A stretch of DNA of 64,000 bases from Octopus sinensis (taxonomy: Eukaryota), in NCBI RefSeq assembly GCF_006345805.1, contig NC_043013.1, positions 27,962,001 to 28,026,000 of the forward strand. The letters run 5' to 3'. This document shows positions 13,865 through 27,116 of the stretch, piece by piece (within the stretch, counting starts at the first letter, position 1; each line of letters starts with the position of its first letter). A model generated the notes under the pieces. That model was not told where the DNA came from. It worked only from the letters and a program-made list of their open reading frames with translations, and did not search any database. A program made the translations under genes and the position numbers.

Positions 13865-14071
13865 TATATATTATAATATATATGTATATATATATATAAT
13901 ATATATATATGTTATATAGATATATATATATATATATATAGATATATATATATGTATATATATACATATATTATATATATATATGTATATATATACATAT
14001 ATATTATATATATATGTATTATATATATATAATATATATAATATATATATATTATATATAAACATATATAA

Positions 14072-14104
<33 letters not shown>

Positions 14105-14121
14105 TATATATATATAATAGA

Positions 14122-14157
<36 letters not shown>

Positions 14158-14171
14158 CTATATATATATAT

Positions 14172-14210
<39 letters not shown>

Positions 14211-14393
14211 ATATATATATCTATACTATATACATATATATATATATATCTATATACAACATTATAGATATATATATTATTATACATATATATATATATC
14301 TATATATATATAATATATATATAGATATATAAATACATCTATAGATATATATACATATAACATATATAATATATTCTATACATATATACATAA

Positions 14394-14425
<32 letters not shown>

Positions 14426-14557
14426 CATATTACTATATATATATATATATACATATATACATAATATATATATATATATCCATATATACATATATATATA
14501 TATATATACATATATACATATATATATTACACATATACATATATATATATACACACA

Positions 14558-14609
<52 letters not shown>

Positions 14610-14680
14610 TATATACATATATATATATATATATTACATATATATTATATAATATATAAATACATTTATATATATATAAC
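13531..14680. repeat. ~1.15-kb degenerate (TA)n tract
   Basis: Nearly pure TA with interspersed C/G. Similar tracts at 15791-16062 and 16463-16659. Confidence 0.97.
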
Positions 14681-15790
14681 ATGTTGTAGTTGAAGGGGTA
14701 AAATCAAGCCCAGCCAAAGTCAGTAGTGGCGTTCCGCAAGGCACTGTGCTGGGCCCACTTCTTTTCATCATTTACATTAATGACATTAATGACATCATCA
14801 AGCACAGCAACATAAAAATCTTTGCAGATGACTCCAAGCTACAGAAGGTCATAAATGAGGCGGGTGACCGGACATGCCTTCAGTCAGATCTACTGGCTGT
14901 TATCCAATGGGCAGAAAAAACAATATGCTGCTGAACGAGGATAAATTTGAGCTAATCCACTTTGGAAAAGAGGATGCCCTGAAACTCCCATACTCCCTTC
15001 CTTCAGGTGAAACTCTCGCGGCGTCCAACAACATCAGAGACTTGGGAGTAATTGTGGACAACAACGTAAGCTGGGCCACTCATATAAACACCAAAGTTGA
15101 CATGGCCCGCAGAATTGTTCCTGGATTCTCAGAACTTTTCAGTCGAGAGATATCCACACCATTATCCTTCTCTTCTCCACTTTTGCCCGACCCCACCTTG
15201 AATACTGTTGTCCACTGTGGTCTCCCCACACAATACAAGGTATCATAAAAGTTGAAGCACCACAAAGGGCAATCACAAAAAGATAGATGGCATGACAGGC
15301 CTCGACTATTGGGGTCGACTAGAAAAGCTAAAACTCTATTCTCTCCAACGTCGTCGTGAGCGCTACATCATCTGCATGATGTGGAAAATATTCTCAGCAT
15401 TGCCCAATGATGTTGGCATCACCTTTAAGGTACATCCAAGGCTTGGGCCCCGTGCCATCCGCCCAAAACAAAAATCGCACTCTCATCTCATAACAAAATA
15501 CGGCACAATTATTTCACCTCAATTGGCCCCGCTCTCTTTAACATTACACCAAAACACATTAAAACAGAAACTGACCCTATAGGTTCAAGAAGTCTTTGGA
15601 CAGATTCCTTCAAGAAATCCCGGATAAACCCCCTACACCCGGATATGTCTCTGTAAACAATAACTCTCTACTTGAGTGGGCCATAGTGCCCAAATTCTGA
15701 CTTGAAAGACTTCACCAGGTGGTGCTATTAAGTTAGACATGGCCTGGGCCAATAATGGCCGAAACCTATCAAGTATCAAAGTATCAAAGT
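14681..15790 (+). mobile_element. 5'-truncated CR1-group (CR1/L2/Crack-like) non-LTR retrotransposon: RT C-terminal half and 3' tail
   Basis: Joined frames read GVPQGTVLGPLLFIIYIND..IKIFADDSKL..LQSDL..WAEKNNMLLNEDKF..IRDLGVIVDNN..RPHLEYCCPLWSP..LKLYSLQRRRER. These are the canonical RT motifs (GVPQG, FADD). There are several 1-bp frameshifts, and the element ends in (AAGTATCA)n running into (TA)n. Confidence 0.93.
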
Positions 15791-15899
15791 ATATATATAT
15801 ACATATATATATATATATTATATATATATTATATATAATAATATATATATATCATATATATATATATATATTACATATATATATATATTATAACATATA

Positions 15900-15932
<33 letters not shown>

Positions 15933-16006
15933 GTATATATATATAATAGATATATATGTATTATATATATATATATATAATATGTATATATATATATATA
16001 ATATGT

Positions 16007-16049
<43 letters not shown>

Positions 16050-16062
16050 ATATATATATGTA

Positions 16063-16462
16063 TATCATCATCATCATCATCATCATTTACGTCCGCTTTC
16101 CATGCTAGCATGGGTTGGACGGTTCACTGGGGTCTGGGGAGCCCAAAGCTGCACCAGTCCAGTCAGATCTGGCAGTGTTTCTACAGCTGGATGCCCTTCC
16201 TAACGCCAACCACTCGAGAGTGTAGTGGGTGATTTTATGTGCCACCGACACAGGTGCCAGACGAGGCTGACAACGGCCACGCTCGGATGGTGTTTTTTAT
16301 GTGCCACCGACACAGGTGCCAGACGAGGCTGGCAGACGGCCACGCTCGGATGGTGTTTTTTATGTGCCACCGACACAGGTGCCAGACGAGGCTGGCAGAC
16401 GGCCACGCTCGGATGGGTTTTTTATGTGCCACCGACACAGGTGCCAGACGAGGCTGGCAGAC
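16063..16462 (-). mobile_element. Family D element with an internal 62-63-bp tandem repeat (~3.7 copies)
   Basis: atgtgccaccgacacaggtgccagacgaggctg recurs at 16237, 16299, 16362 and 16424; the tail matches 12896-13040. Confidence 0.88.
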
Positions 16463-16538
16463 ATAATATTATATATATTATATATATATATATATAATAT
16501 AATATATATATAATATATATATATAATATATATATGTA

Positions 16539-16587
<49 letters not shown>

Positions 16588-16590
16588 ATG

Positions 16591-16629
<39 letters not shown>

Positions 16630-16659
16630 TACATAATATATATATATATACATATATAC

Positions 16660-16819
16660 AACAGGCTTCTTTCAGTTTCCGTCTACCAAATCCACTCACA
16701 AGGCTTTGGTTGGCCCGAGGCTATAGTAGAAGACACTTGCCCAAGGTGCCACACAGTGGGACTGAACCCGGAACCATGTGGTTGGTAAGCAAGCTACTTA
16801 CCACACAGCCACTCCTGCG

Positions 16820-16822
<3 letters not shown>
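16660..16822 (-). mobile_element. SINE family A, 5' half (tRNA head)
   Basis: Reverse complement of the family A head (ggcttctttcagtttccgtctacc..cagccactcct). Confidence 0.9.
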
Positions 16823-16862
<40 letters not shown>

Positions 16863-17546
16863 ATATATGAGTGTGTATACGTATGTGTTTGTGTGTATCT
16901 TTCTCTTGACATCTTGTGATGGCTGTAAACAAGCATCACCATCATACACTTGGGGTTGTTTATTTCCAGATTTCCATAAAAAAACATATCTGGTCACGGG
17001 GAAATATTATTTTACTTGGAAACAGGTGAGGTTTGGTGACAGGAAGGGCATCCAGCTGTAGAAAATTTGCCTCAACAAATTCTGTTTGAGCCATGCATGC
17101 ATGGAAAAGTAGACATAGAACAATGATGATGATAACTCCAATTACAAATTCCGTCTTGTGCTTAAGAAAGCAATTGGCTTGTTTGTCTTTTTTTGTTTTT
17201 GCTGCTTTTTTTTTGCTTTTTTTTTTTTTCATGTTTCATCTTGACTTTACCATTCTCTTACCATAAATACAGCAGACAATGTCTCTGACAATTATGATAC
17301 AGATGCTAATACTTCATGTTGTCTAGGAATTTCAATTTATTGAAAATTTTATTATTGATTCGATTTTTATCATTATATTAGTAACTTTCATTTCACACTT
17401 AACTGAATTATTAATAATTAGCGAAAACTAAAAGAACATTTCTAATTAAATTAAGTTGGGAGATTTTGTTTCATCTTCTAAATCAATCAAACATATATGT
17501 TCACATATGTGTGTGTGTGTTGTGTATTTGTGTATTCACCATACAC

Positions 17547-17592
<46 letters not shown>

Positions 17593-17865
17593 TATATATA
17601 TATAATATATATATATCAGCATCATCAGATAAATATACATACACACAGAGCAAAGACATGGTTGAATGGCTAAGAAGTTCAACTAAATGGCATAAAGTCA
17701 TCCACCAAGACATTCTAGCTATTGGCCCGTAGATGTGCTGTCACCTCTCTCTGCTTTTTGTAACTCTACTACAGTGACCTCTGCTCCATGCAGCTGGCTT
17801 GTCTCATACCACCTTCACACTTAGAAATGTCTGGGCCAACCATCCCTCCTCCTCAGGCCACTGAC

Positions 17866-17903
<38 letters not shown>

Positions 17904-19894
17904 CCACCATCAACCCCTGGATATTACTGTCTAGCGTCCTAGGATCCATAGAGTTAGCTAGTTTTTATCCAGTTTTTATGGCATATAAAAGTGATTGAGA
18001 TCCCAGGGTGCCATTCTGTCACAGCTGAGTGAAGTGGAGCAACAAGAAATGAAGTGTTTTGCTCAAGAACACAATATGCTGCCCAGTCCAGAAATTGAAA
18101 TCACTACCTTACAATCATGAGTACAATGCCCTAACTGCTAAGCCACATGTCTCTACTCACTCACTTTAAAGGTCCACCAAAATACCAGACCACATTAAAC
18201 AGACAATAAAAATAAGGTAACAAAATAATGGAGTAACCAGTTTGATCATATTGAGCAAGATCTTGGTTAACTGTCTTACACAAGTGCTGATTCAAGCTTT
18301 GTGAATGAAACGGAGTAGACAAAACTCTACATAAGCCTGTTTACTGAATTGTACCTAAATATGTGAAAGGTCTGACCTTGCTACACACCATGTGACACCA
18401 ATTTTGTGCATGGATTACATGACATTAAGGGCACACCTGTTTGGTGAAACATTTATCCACATTACATTATAATTCTGTAATTCTACTTTTTCAGAATATA
18501 CATCATCATCATCATCATCATCCTTTCTGTAACATCCAAACAAATTTTTCTATGGCTGGATTCCCATCATGTCACCAACCCATATTCATTTCTATGCAAG
18601 GTTATCATTTCCTCATGGTGAGATATATTTTTCATGAAATGACAAATCAAGACAAACACATACAATGCGATAAAAAACATTGACATGAACATGGCATTCC
18701 ATTATTACATCTGTTACATATGTTTCAGTGTTTGGTAATTTAATTAATGATGTCACACAAAAAGTACAATCCATAGTTGCAACTTACAAATGCAGAATAT
18801 ATAGTCAAAACTGGACACCTCCTCAGGCAAAGACAAAATACAAAAGGAATTTAATGCAATTATAAATAAGAACCACAACTGAATGGTAAATTCATTGAGC
18901 ATTGATCATACCCAATCCCTCTTTTATATATATATAATGTAAACAAGCAGCTGCTATAAATTTTGATGTAGTTCCTATTTTCTTTTTCGCCTCCTTCCTT
19001 AAATTATTTTACTTTTCATTGATAATGAGCATAACAGGTGTAAACTGAGACATCAGAGCCTCTCTAGTTCTTTTCATTCAGCCTATTTATATTCACTGTA
19101 CACACAGTTTCACTATTATCATATTGTTTTATCTAATGGATAAAAATCTCTCTCTCTCTCTCTGTGCATATATATGCCTGCCTGCCTAGCCAGCATGGTG
19201 GTTTCATTTGAAAACTACACGAATGCAAAGAACTGAAATGTGACCAGAGGTATATAACCACATCCAATAGTCTAGACAATACAGTGATAGTGTGATTGAT
19301 TGATTGATGTATGTATGGCATTGGTTTGTTTGTGTTTTCCTGTAAAGATGCCAAATGTTTAATACACACCTGTTACAAATGTGTGTTCGTAATTAAACTG
19401 GATTATCTTTTATAAAGGTTTTATACAATTGATGTTAGTCAACTGTACACATTGGTGAATCAGATGTATTAAAATCATGACTATATTCTAGTTTGACTTT
19501 CTTAAACCATATTTTCATTTGAATAGCTTGCAGTTTGCAAGAGTAAAAGTCCCAAAATTTGCTATCAATATCTCTAGACCTTCATGGGTTCATCATCAAG
19601 ATTAATGAACAAAGAAGGCAAAATAGAATATGATGAAAGCTCTAAAGAGGAAGTTCAGTATTTGTAGTGAAATGAAAGCAAAATCATCACAGTTCTCACA
19701 CACGCATGTAAATATACTGGAAGTAAAAAGTCAGCAAGGATACTTGTTTACACCTTAACATCATTATGACTCATGGAGTGTTTATAAGGCCACACACACA
19801 CACACACTGATAATAATGTCCCTACACCACTGAGAAACGAATGCCAAAGGAATTACTGTGGATCATGACAAGGCTTTTGTGGCTCTACAGAGAC

Positions 19895-19942
<48 letters not shown>

Positions 19943-19962
19943 GATAGATAGATAGACAGAGA

Positions 19963-20025
<63 letters not shown>

Positions 20026-20939
20026 CATGCATGTATAACATATATATAACATAGAAAAGTATAAAGTAAGAGATACTGCTATGAGAAAAGAATAAACTAA
20101 AGGGGAATAAATAAAAAGTGGGAGAGGGAGAAAGAGAGAATGCATGGGTGTGGAGTGGGAAGATATATAAGCAAAAGATAGGGCAGGGGAGTGGAGAGAC
20201 TGAAGAGCTGGAGAAGGAGAAGAGTTGGAGCAAAAAGAAAGAGAGGAGGAAGAGACAGATAGACAGAAGAGACAGTGAAGGAAGGAGAGTAGAGAGATAC
20301 CAGAAGAGTACAAAAAAGGGAGGTAATAGACTCTTATCTTTCATTTTGATTTAGCAAAAAAAAAATGTTTCCATTTTTTTATTTATTTTTTTTTTAATGT
20401 AATCTATTTTAAGTAAACAAGCAATAAAGTTGTTTTGTTCAACTTTCTATAACTTGTTTTAAGTAAGCAATGCTGTTAGTGTTCTGTCCTGTATAGAAAC
20501 TAGCAGTACTGGATATTAGCTAATTAAGGAATTTTTTCCTATTTTTTTCTCTTTCTATCTTTATATTTTTGTCCCTCCATATAGAGAATATATAAAAAAG
20601 AGAAGTTATGAGGTGTTTTAGAAGAGTTTTTTTTTACATTATAAAGTTAGCTGTCAACTTCTCCATATTTTTTTTTATTCATATGCGTAAATACACATAG
20701 ATATGTATATATAATTATATACACAGACATATGTGTGCATATGCACACACACACGGTGTCCATGTGTGATACATGAATGTATATATATATATATATATAT
20801 AGATATTATATATATATATATATACACACACACATATACATATATATACACCTATACATACATATAGACACACATATATATATACATATATATATATACA
20901 CATATATACATATACATATATATATATACATATACACAT

Positions 20940-20992
<53 letters not shown>

Positions 20993-21001
20993 CACACATG
21001 A

Positions 21002-21040
<39 letters not shown>

Positions 21041-21871
21041 CACATATGACATAATCTTACATTATTTCTATGGCTCTTTATGTATTTTTTAAATTTTTAT
21101 TTAAGGTTCAACTGTTGTGCAAAACACCAGGGATACAGTTATGTCAGTAAGGAACTGAAAGAATGAGCATTAAACGGCCCCAGGAAGGCATCAGGAAAAT
21201 AAGTCTTTTTAAAAGAAATTTTGTTATCTTTCTGGCACCTAAGCTTTCCTTCAGGTAGAGATCAGTACATTTTTTTTTCAGTCAGAGTTTAAAACACACA
21301 ACACTATGAAGTATAAAGACTATAATCCAGTAAACCGATACTGAGTGAAGTTGGGAAGTTTCCACAGGTGTAAAACATTTGTTTCATAGGTTAACCATTT
21401 TCGAATGAAGAACCTACAGCGAAATATAACAAGATGGTGAATGGGACATACTCTTCAGATCTCATGTCAGTATGATGTTACTTCAGCAGTAATCAAGAAG
21501 ACTTTGTGTAAAAAAAGGAGGTGCGCAAGTCGGAGGTACCCTACACTTGAACAAGAATAAGGGACAGAATGGACCCATCTAGAAGACCTTCATTCATAAG
21601 CCTGCTCAATCAGCCACTGATACAGGGGATACATAAGCAATCAGAACATCAATGGCAAACCATCTATGTACTGGTTAGATTTTAGGATTATATCCTAATA
21701 CTTAATTCTTCATACAGTACTTTTTACTGTTAATTCTCTTGATTCCATAACTTCACAAAGATCAGTGAATCCTACACATACATGAAGATTTTATAGTTTT
21801 ACAGACAAATTCTATTATCCTCATTGATATAGTCGACCCTTTAGCATTTAAACCAGTCATATTCAACCCAT

Positions 21872-22190
21872 GTGAAGGTGCATGGCTCAGTGGTTAGAGC
21901 TTTGAGCTTATGATCGTGAGGTTATGAGTTCGATTCCCAGACCGGGCTGTGTGTTGTGTTCTTGAGCAAGACACTTTATTTCACGTTGCTCCAGTTCACT
22001 CAGCTGTAGAAATGAGTTGCGACATTATTGGTGCCAAGCTGTGTTGGCCTTTGTCTGTGGAGAGAGGAAGCTGGTATGCATGGGCAACTGCTGGCTTCCC
22101 ACAAACAACCTTGCCTAGACTTGTGCCTTGGAGGGTAACTTTCTAGGTGCAATCCCATGGTCATTCATGACCAAAGGGGGTCTCCTCCTC
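21872..22190 (+). mobile_element. tRNA-derived SINE with a CORE/Meta-like central domain (family E)
   Basis: A-box tggctcagtgg, B-box gagttcgattc, cttgagcaagacactt..ctccagttcactcagctg. A reverse copy lies at 61932-62250. Confidence 0.85.
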
Positions 22191-22598
22191 TTCCTCATTC
22201 AACCCATATATGTTTTATGTTCATATCAACCAGGTCTGACCTTTCATACCCACCCTGCAATGTCATCCTAAAAATATACAATCACATCACTGGGATCTTG
22301 AAGTTACAAGATAATGTATGATTGATTCAAAACAATGTGAATAAATAAGCATTACATTTAACAGAATAATCTGAATACTTGAACAGTTAAATGAATTATC
22401 AGGATTTATTTAACTACATCAACCAAATCTAAAATATCTGTCTATGTTCTGTCCATGTATTTTCACAAACAAAGCTGAATAGCCCCTTTATCATTTTCAT
22501 CTTCTGTCAGGGTTTCAAGAAATAGGCAGGAGAGAAAAATCACAAATAAGAGAGAGAGAGAAAAGGAGAGAGAGGAAGAGAGAGAGAGAGAGAGAGAG

Positions 22599-22894
22599 CA
22601 TCACACAAAAGCAATTGGTTATTTAATCAAGTGGAATATGAAATTTAAATTCTAATACATTTCTGCATATTTGCTTAACTTTATTGTAAATATTAAAATG
22701 ATTTAATTGATGACTGGTTTCAAAGAGAAGAAACTATTCTTTGCTGGTTCGTTAAGTTTTGCATTCTTAAGTAGATTATAACAATGAAAGCTGGGAGAAC
22801 TATAAACCACACTTTATATTCGATTTCAATAAATCATCCTCATTATTACTGTAAAGGTTTAGATAGGAGGAATTACAGTGGAAATAGTTGATAA
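22599..22894 (+). repeat. 296-bp dispersed duplication, copy 2
   Basis: Matches 10857-11152 and is preceded by a (GA)n tract. Confidence 0.95.
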
Positions 22895-23640
22895 GCATAC
22901 TTGATATTATTTGACATAAATCTTAGAATGGTTGACAAAAAGACAACCAGTTTATGATGTTAAATCTTCAGAACTAGATTAGGTTGTGGTTCAGTGAAGA
23001 ATAATTCTCTAACTCTTTTGTCTGTGTCTATAACATTTGCATGATTCAAACATTCGAGGTTTGTTCTCCAAAATAAATTGTAAAATTTATCCAAGGTAAA
23101 AGCAACACACTCGGATACCACCTGGCAGTTTTCTGAGACACACCCAGGAGGCCAGAAACAGAACATACTGCGCCTGTGTGTGGTGTGAGTGTGTTTTTAC
23201 ACACACACACACATATAGTTGAATTAGGTACTTAAGTTGGGACACCAAGTCAGAGTGGTTTATTTCAAATAGATAAAATGTTTTCATTGATTGATTAAAT
23301 AGAACCGCTTGAAACAGCCGTAATGCACTGATACCTGGACATCCTTGTTACTTAATTGCTATATATTTGCTAAAAAGCATTCGTGAAGTAAAATCATGTA
23401 GCAACACCAAATGGCGGTGCCCCAGCATGGCCACAGCTCGTGAGCTGAAACTAAATAAAATAAAATAAAATAAAAATATATACACACACACACGTGTGTG
23501 TGTGTGTTATCATCATCATAAGTCTGCTTTATCAGGGCTGACCTGGGGATAAACAATAATGCTATTATGTTTCGTTATATACCCTTTGGTTGATCTGTTT
23601 GCTGTGTGGTCAATTCAATTGACTTTAATGATCCCCAACT

Positions 23641-24020
23641 CTCTTTTACACGTTTCAGTCATTTGACTGTGGCCATGCTGGAGCACCACCTTTTAGTCGA
23701 GCAAATCGACCCCAGGACTTATTCTTTGTAAGCCTAGTACTTATTCTATCGGTCGTTTTCCGAACCGCTAAGTTACGGGCATGTAAACACACCAGCATTG
23801 GTTGTCAAGCGATGTTGGGGGGACAAACACAGACACACAAACATATACACATACATATATATGACGGGCTTCTTTCAGTTTCCGTCTACCAAATCCACTC
23901 ACAAGGCTTTGGTCGGCCCGAGGCTATAGTAGAAGACACTTGCCCAAGGTGCCACGCAGTGGGACTGAACCCGGAACCATGTGGTTCATAAGCAAGCTAC
24001 TTACCACACAGCCACTCCTA
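23641..24020 (-). mobile_element. SINE family A, full length
   Basis: Complete head-to-tail reverse copy. Further copies lie at ~24820-25095(-), 40179-40490(+), 44040-44280(+), 49420-49810(+), 50510-50900(+), 60038-60160(-) and 60215-60560(+). Confidence 0.92.
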
Positions 24021-24216
24021 TTTGGCCTTTTTTTTTAAAGCCAAAACAATGCAAGTTACAAGAAATGATATAAGTTAACAGCTTGTACAAGGTAAAAGTA
24101 CAAACTATTGACTTTTATTACTTCTTATAACTTACATTGTTTTGGCATTAAAAAATTGAAAACGCATTTGTGCATATGTTTGTATATCTCATATGTTACA
24201 GGCATGCCTAACATAC

Positions 24217-24288
24217 TTTTCAGTTTGTTTCCATTGTCTGACACTGTAGGCACGGCATCTTTTTCTATGGCCTTAGGATGACCAATTG
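24217..24288 (-). CDS. Candidate 72-bp phase 1-1 cassette exon (xIGHPKAIEKDAVPTVSDNGNKLK), frame-compatible with the MBD exon
   Basis: Pyrimidine tract ctttctattgcttctgtctacttattccacc followed by an aaAG| acceptor, open frame, donor A|GTATGT. No homology recognised, and an AAG acceptor is suboptimal. Confidence 0.25.
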
Positions 24289-27063
24289 CTTTGTCGGTGG
24301 AATAAGTAGACAGAAGCAATAGAAAGCTCATGTGTTATCTTCTTCTTGTCTTCACACTGTTGGTGTGTTTAAATTTGTTTAAATTTGACACAAAAACATG
24401 TCTGGCCGTGAGGCTGCTCATCATCAGAAAAAAAAACCCCAAAAAACAAACAAACAAACAGAGGAAACACTACCTTACATGGAATCAAAGGAAGGGTTGG
24501 CAAAAGGAGGGAAATTCAGCCATAGAAAAACTGCCTCATTAACTCTAGTTTGATCCATGCTAGCATAGAAAAATGGATGGTAAAATTGTGAAGATGTAGA
24601 TGAAACATGGGCAACCTTTTTCATGGAGTAGGCCACATGAGACATAGTTCATCTGGTGGCCCACAAACAAAAAGATTCAAGATAATTTTTTGTTGGCATG
24701 GCATTCAAAAAATCTCAAGGGCCACAGTTTGACCAAGTCTAATCTTGATGATAAATGATGATACTTACGCAAACACAGGGGTGTGCATATACAAACATTA
24801 TAAATATATATATATATTCTTTTACTTGCTTCAGTCATTTGACTGTGGTCATGCTGGAGCACCACCTTAAAGGGATTTTTTAGTCAAAAATCTCGACCCT
24901 AGGACTTATTCTCTGTAAGCCTAGCAATTATTTTATTGGTCTCTTTTGCCAAACAAGTTATGGGGACATAAACACACCAGCATCAATTGTCAAGCGGTGG
25001 TGGTGGGACACACACACAAAAACACACACATACAACAGGCTTCTTTCAGTTTCCATATGGTTGGGAAGCAAGCTTCTTACCACACAGCCACGCCAGCAGA
25101 ACTGCACTCCACTCTTTCTGTGGTTGTATAGACAGATGGGCTTTGTCAAATTGGTTTATCTATGATAACATACAACATGAAGAAGAGGTCCTCAATGGTG
25201 CTTATATACTCCTGAGCATTATGAGGCATTAATGCTTCCCACTCGTACCAAAGTTTATGATTTAATCCTTTGCCTGTCTTGTGTAGCAGACGTGATGCAC
25301 AGGACATATTTCCCGGGCATCTATGCATCATATTTGAGACACATTCCCAGTTTTCGTCAACCATCAGATTAACCTGGGAAAGTTTTATATTTCTCAAAAC
25401 ACACGAAACAAGAACTAAATGTTTGGAAACAAGCATGGATGTTTAGGATAAATGTATGCAAATGCTTTGGCCAGGCAAAGTGTTAACCTTGTTTTAATTA
25501 GACCTACAACAAAACAACTAGAGAAAGGGAGGAATTCCCAGTGACACCAACTGTATGAAAAAGTCATAGTAAAGAGAGTGCTACAATAAGATAATAAGCT
25601 TGTGTTTATGTTTGCAGCAAATAGTTTTTTTTTTTGTCTTGTTTTTTTGTGAGATCTCCATTACAAGCAGAATCTCTTTGAAATTAAAGTTTCCACCAGT
25701 TACACTAACCTCACACAAGAGTTTGGTTTCATAAACAATCAGAGAAAACAGAAAAATGAACGCCTCACCAAACCACCACTACCCATTTCACTTCTTTTCC
25801 AAGCATACTACGTAGTGTGAGGTCACAGACTGAAATTATTCAATATAACCGCACAGAGAAATATTGGTGCTGGAAACATTGATACTTAACCTATTTTATT
25901 TTTTTTTAAAAAAAAAGCTTTTCTTTTTAGATCAAACATATCAATTTCATTTTTGTTTTGTACATTAATACATGTACACTGCTTTCCCAAAGCCTCTCCT
26001 CCACCTTCACATAACATTATCCCTCACCAGTAACACACCTGCTCATACACACACACATTCTCTCTCCCTCTCTCTCACTTCTGTTAGGCCACACACATAC
26101 ACACACCTGCCTCCTCAAATGCCTATTTATTACACACTCCTCTAACACACAGCTTTTACCTCAGATATTACATACTAAATTTGATTCCCTTTATATTTCT
26201 ATTGCCTTCCTTGCCATTTTCCAGACACTGTCAAAACAAAATACACACACACACACACACACATATATACATACACACGCACACATATATACATACATAT
26301 ACATGCATACATACACACACACACACACACATATATATATACACATACATACATATATACACATAGATACATACCTATATGTCATTATTCAGTTTTATTT
26401 CATGATTTCTTCCTAATAGAGAAAGAGCTGGTTTCAAACCTAGATTCAAGACTCACATATATACATGTGTGTTGTGTGTGTGTGTGTGTGTGGTGTGGTG
26501 TGGTGTGTGTGTGTGTGTGTGTGTGTATGTAAACGAACCAGTGTCCAACGGCTGTCAAGTTACAATAAACACACTGTCACAAAGCGTGTAATCTTTAATA
26601 CAGAGTAAACAGGAAGCAGTAATTTATTTTTCATTTTTTTAGTTGTGTTTCAGTCATTGGACTGTGGCCATGCTGGGGCACTGTCTCAATAGGTTTAGTA
26701 ATATTCACATTTCCAAAGATTATTGACGCAACAGATGAAATAAAATGCCTCAAACAGAGAATTGTAAACAAAAGTCTGACTTGTTTCCTTGTCTTGCTGA
26801 AAACCTATCTTTATTCTCGTAGCACTCAATACTTTCAGTTTTACTTCATATGTTTATTAGTCCTTAACGAGAAAGTCACTGGTGTATAAAAAAAAGGCAA
26901 AAAACAAAAAACAAACATCTAAGTTGATCATAAATCATAGAAGAGTTGTAAAGGCTAAGGTGTCAGTTTATCACTTAAAGAGGTGTCACTGACTCTGTAT
27001 AATGTTGTGAGCAAAGTATTGAATAACCCCCTGCCCTAAATACCTGGCAACTAAGCAAGAAAG

Positions 27064-27116
<53 letters not shown>

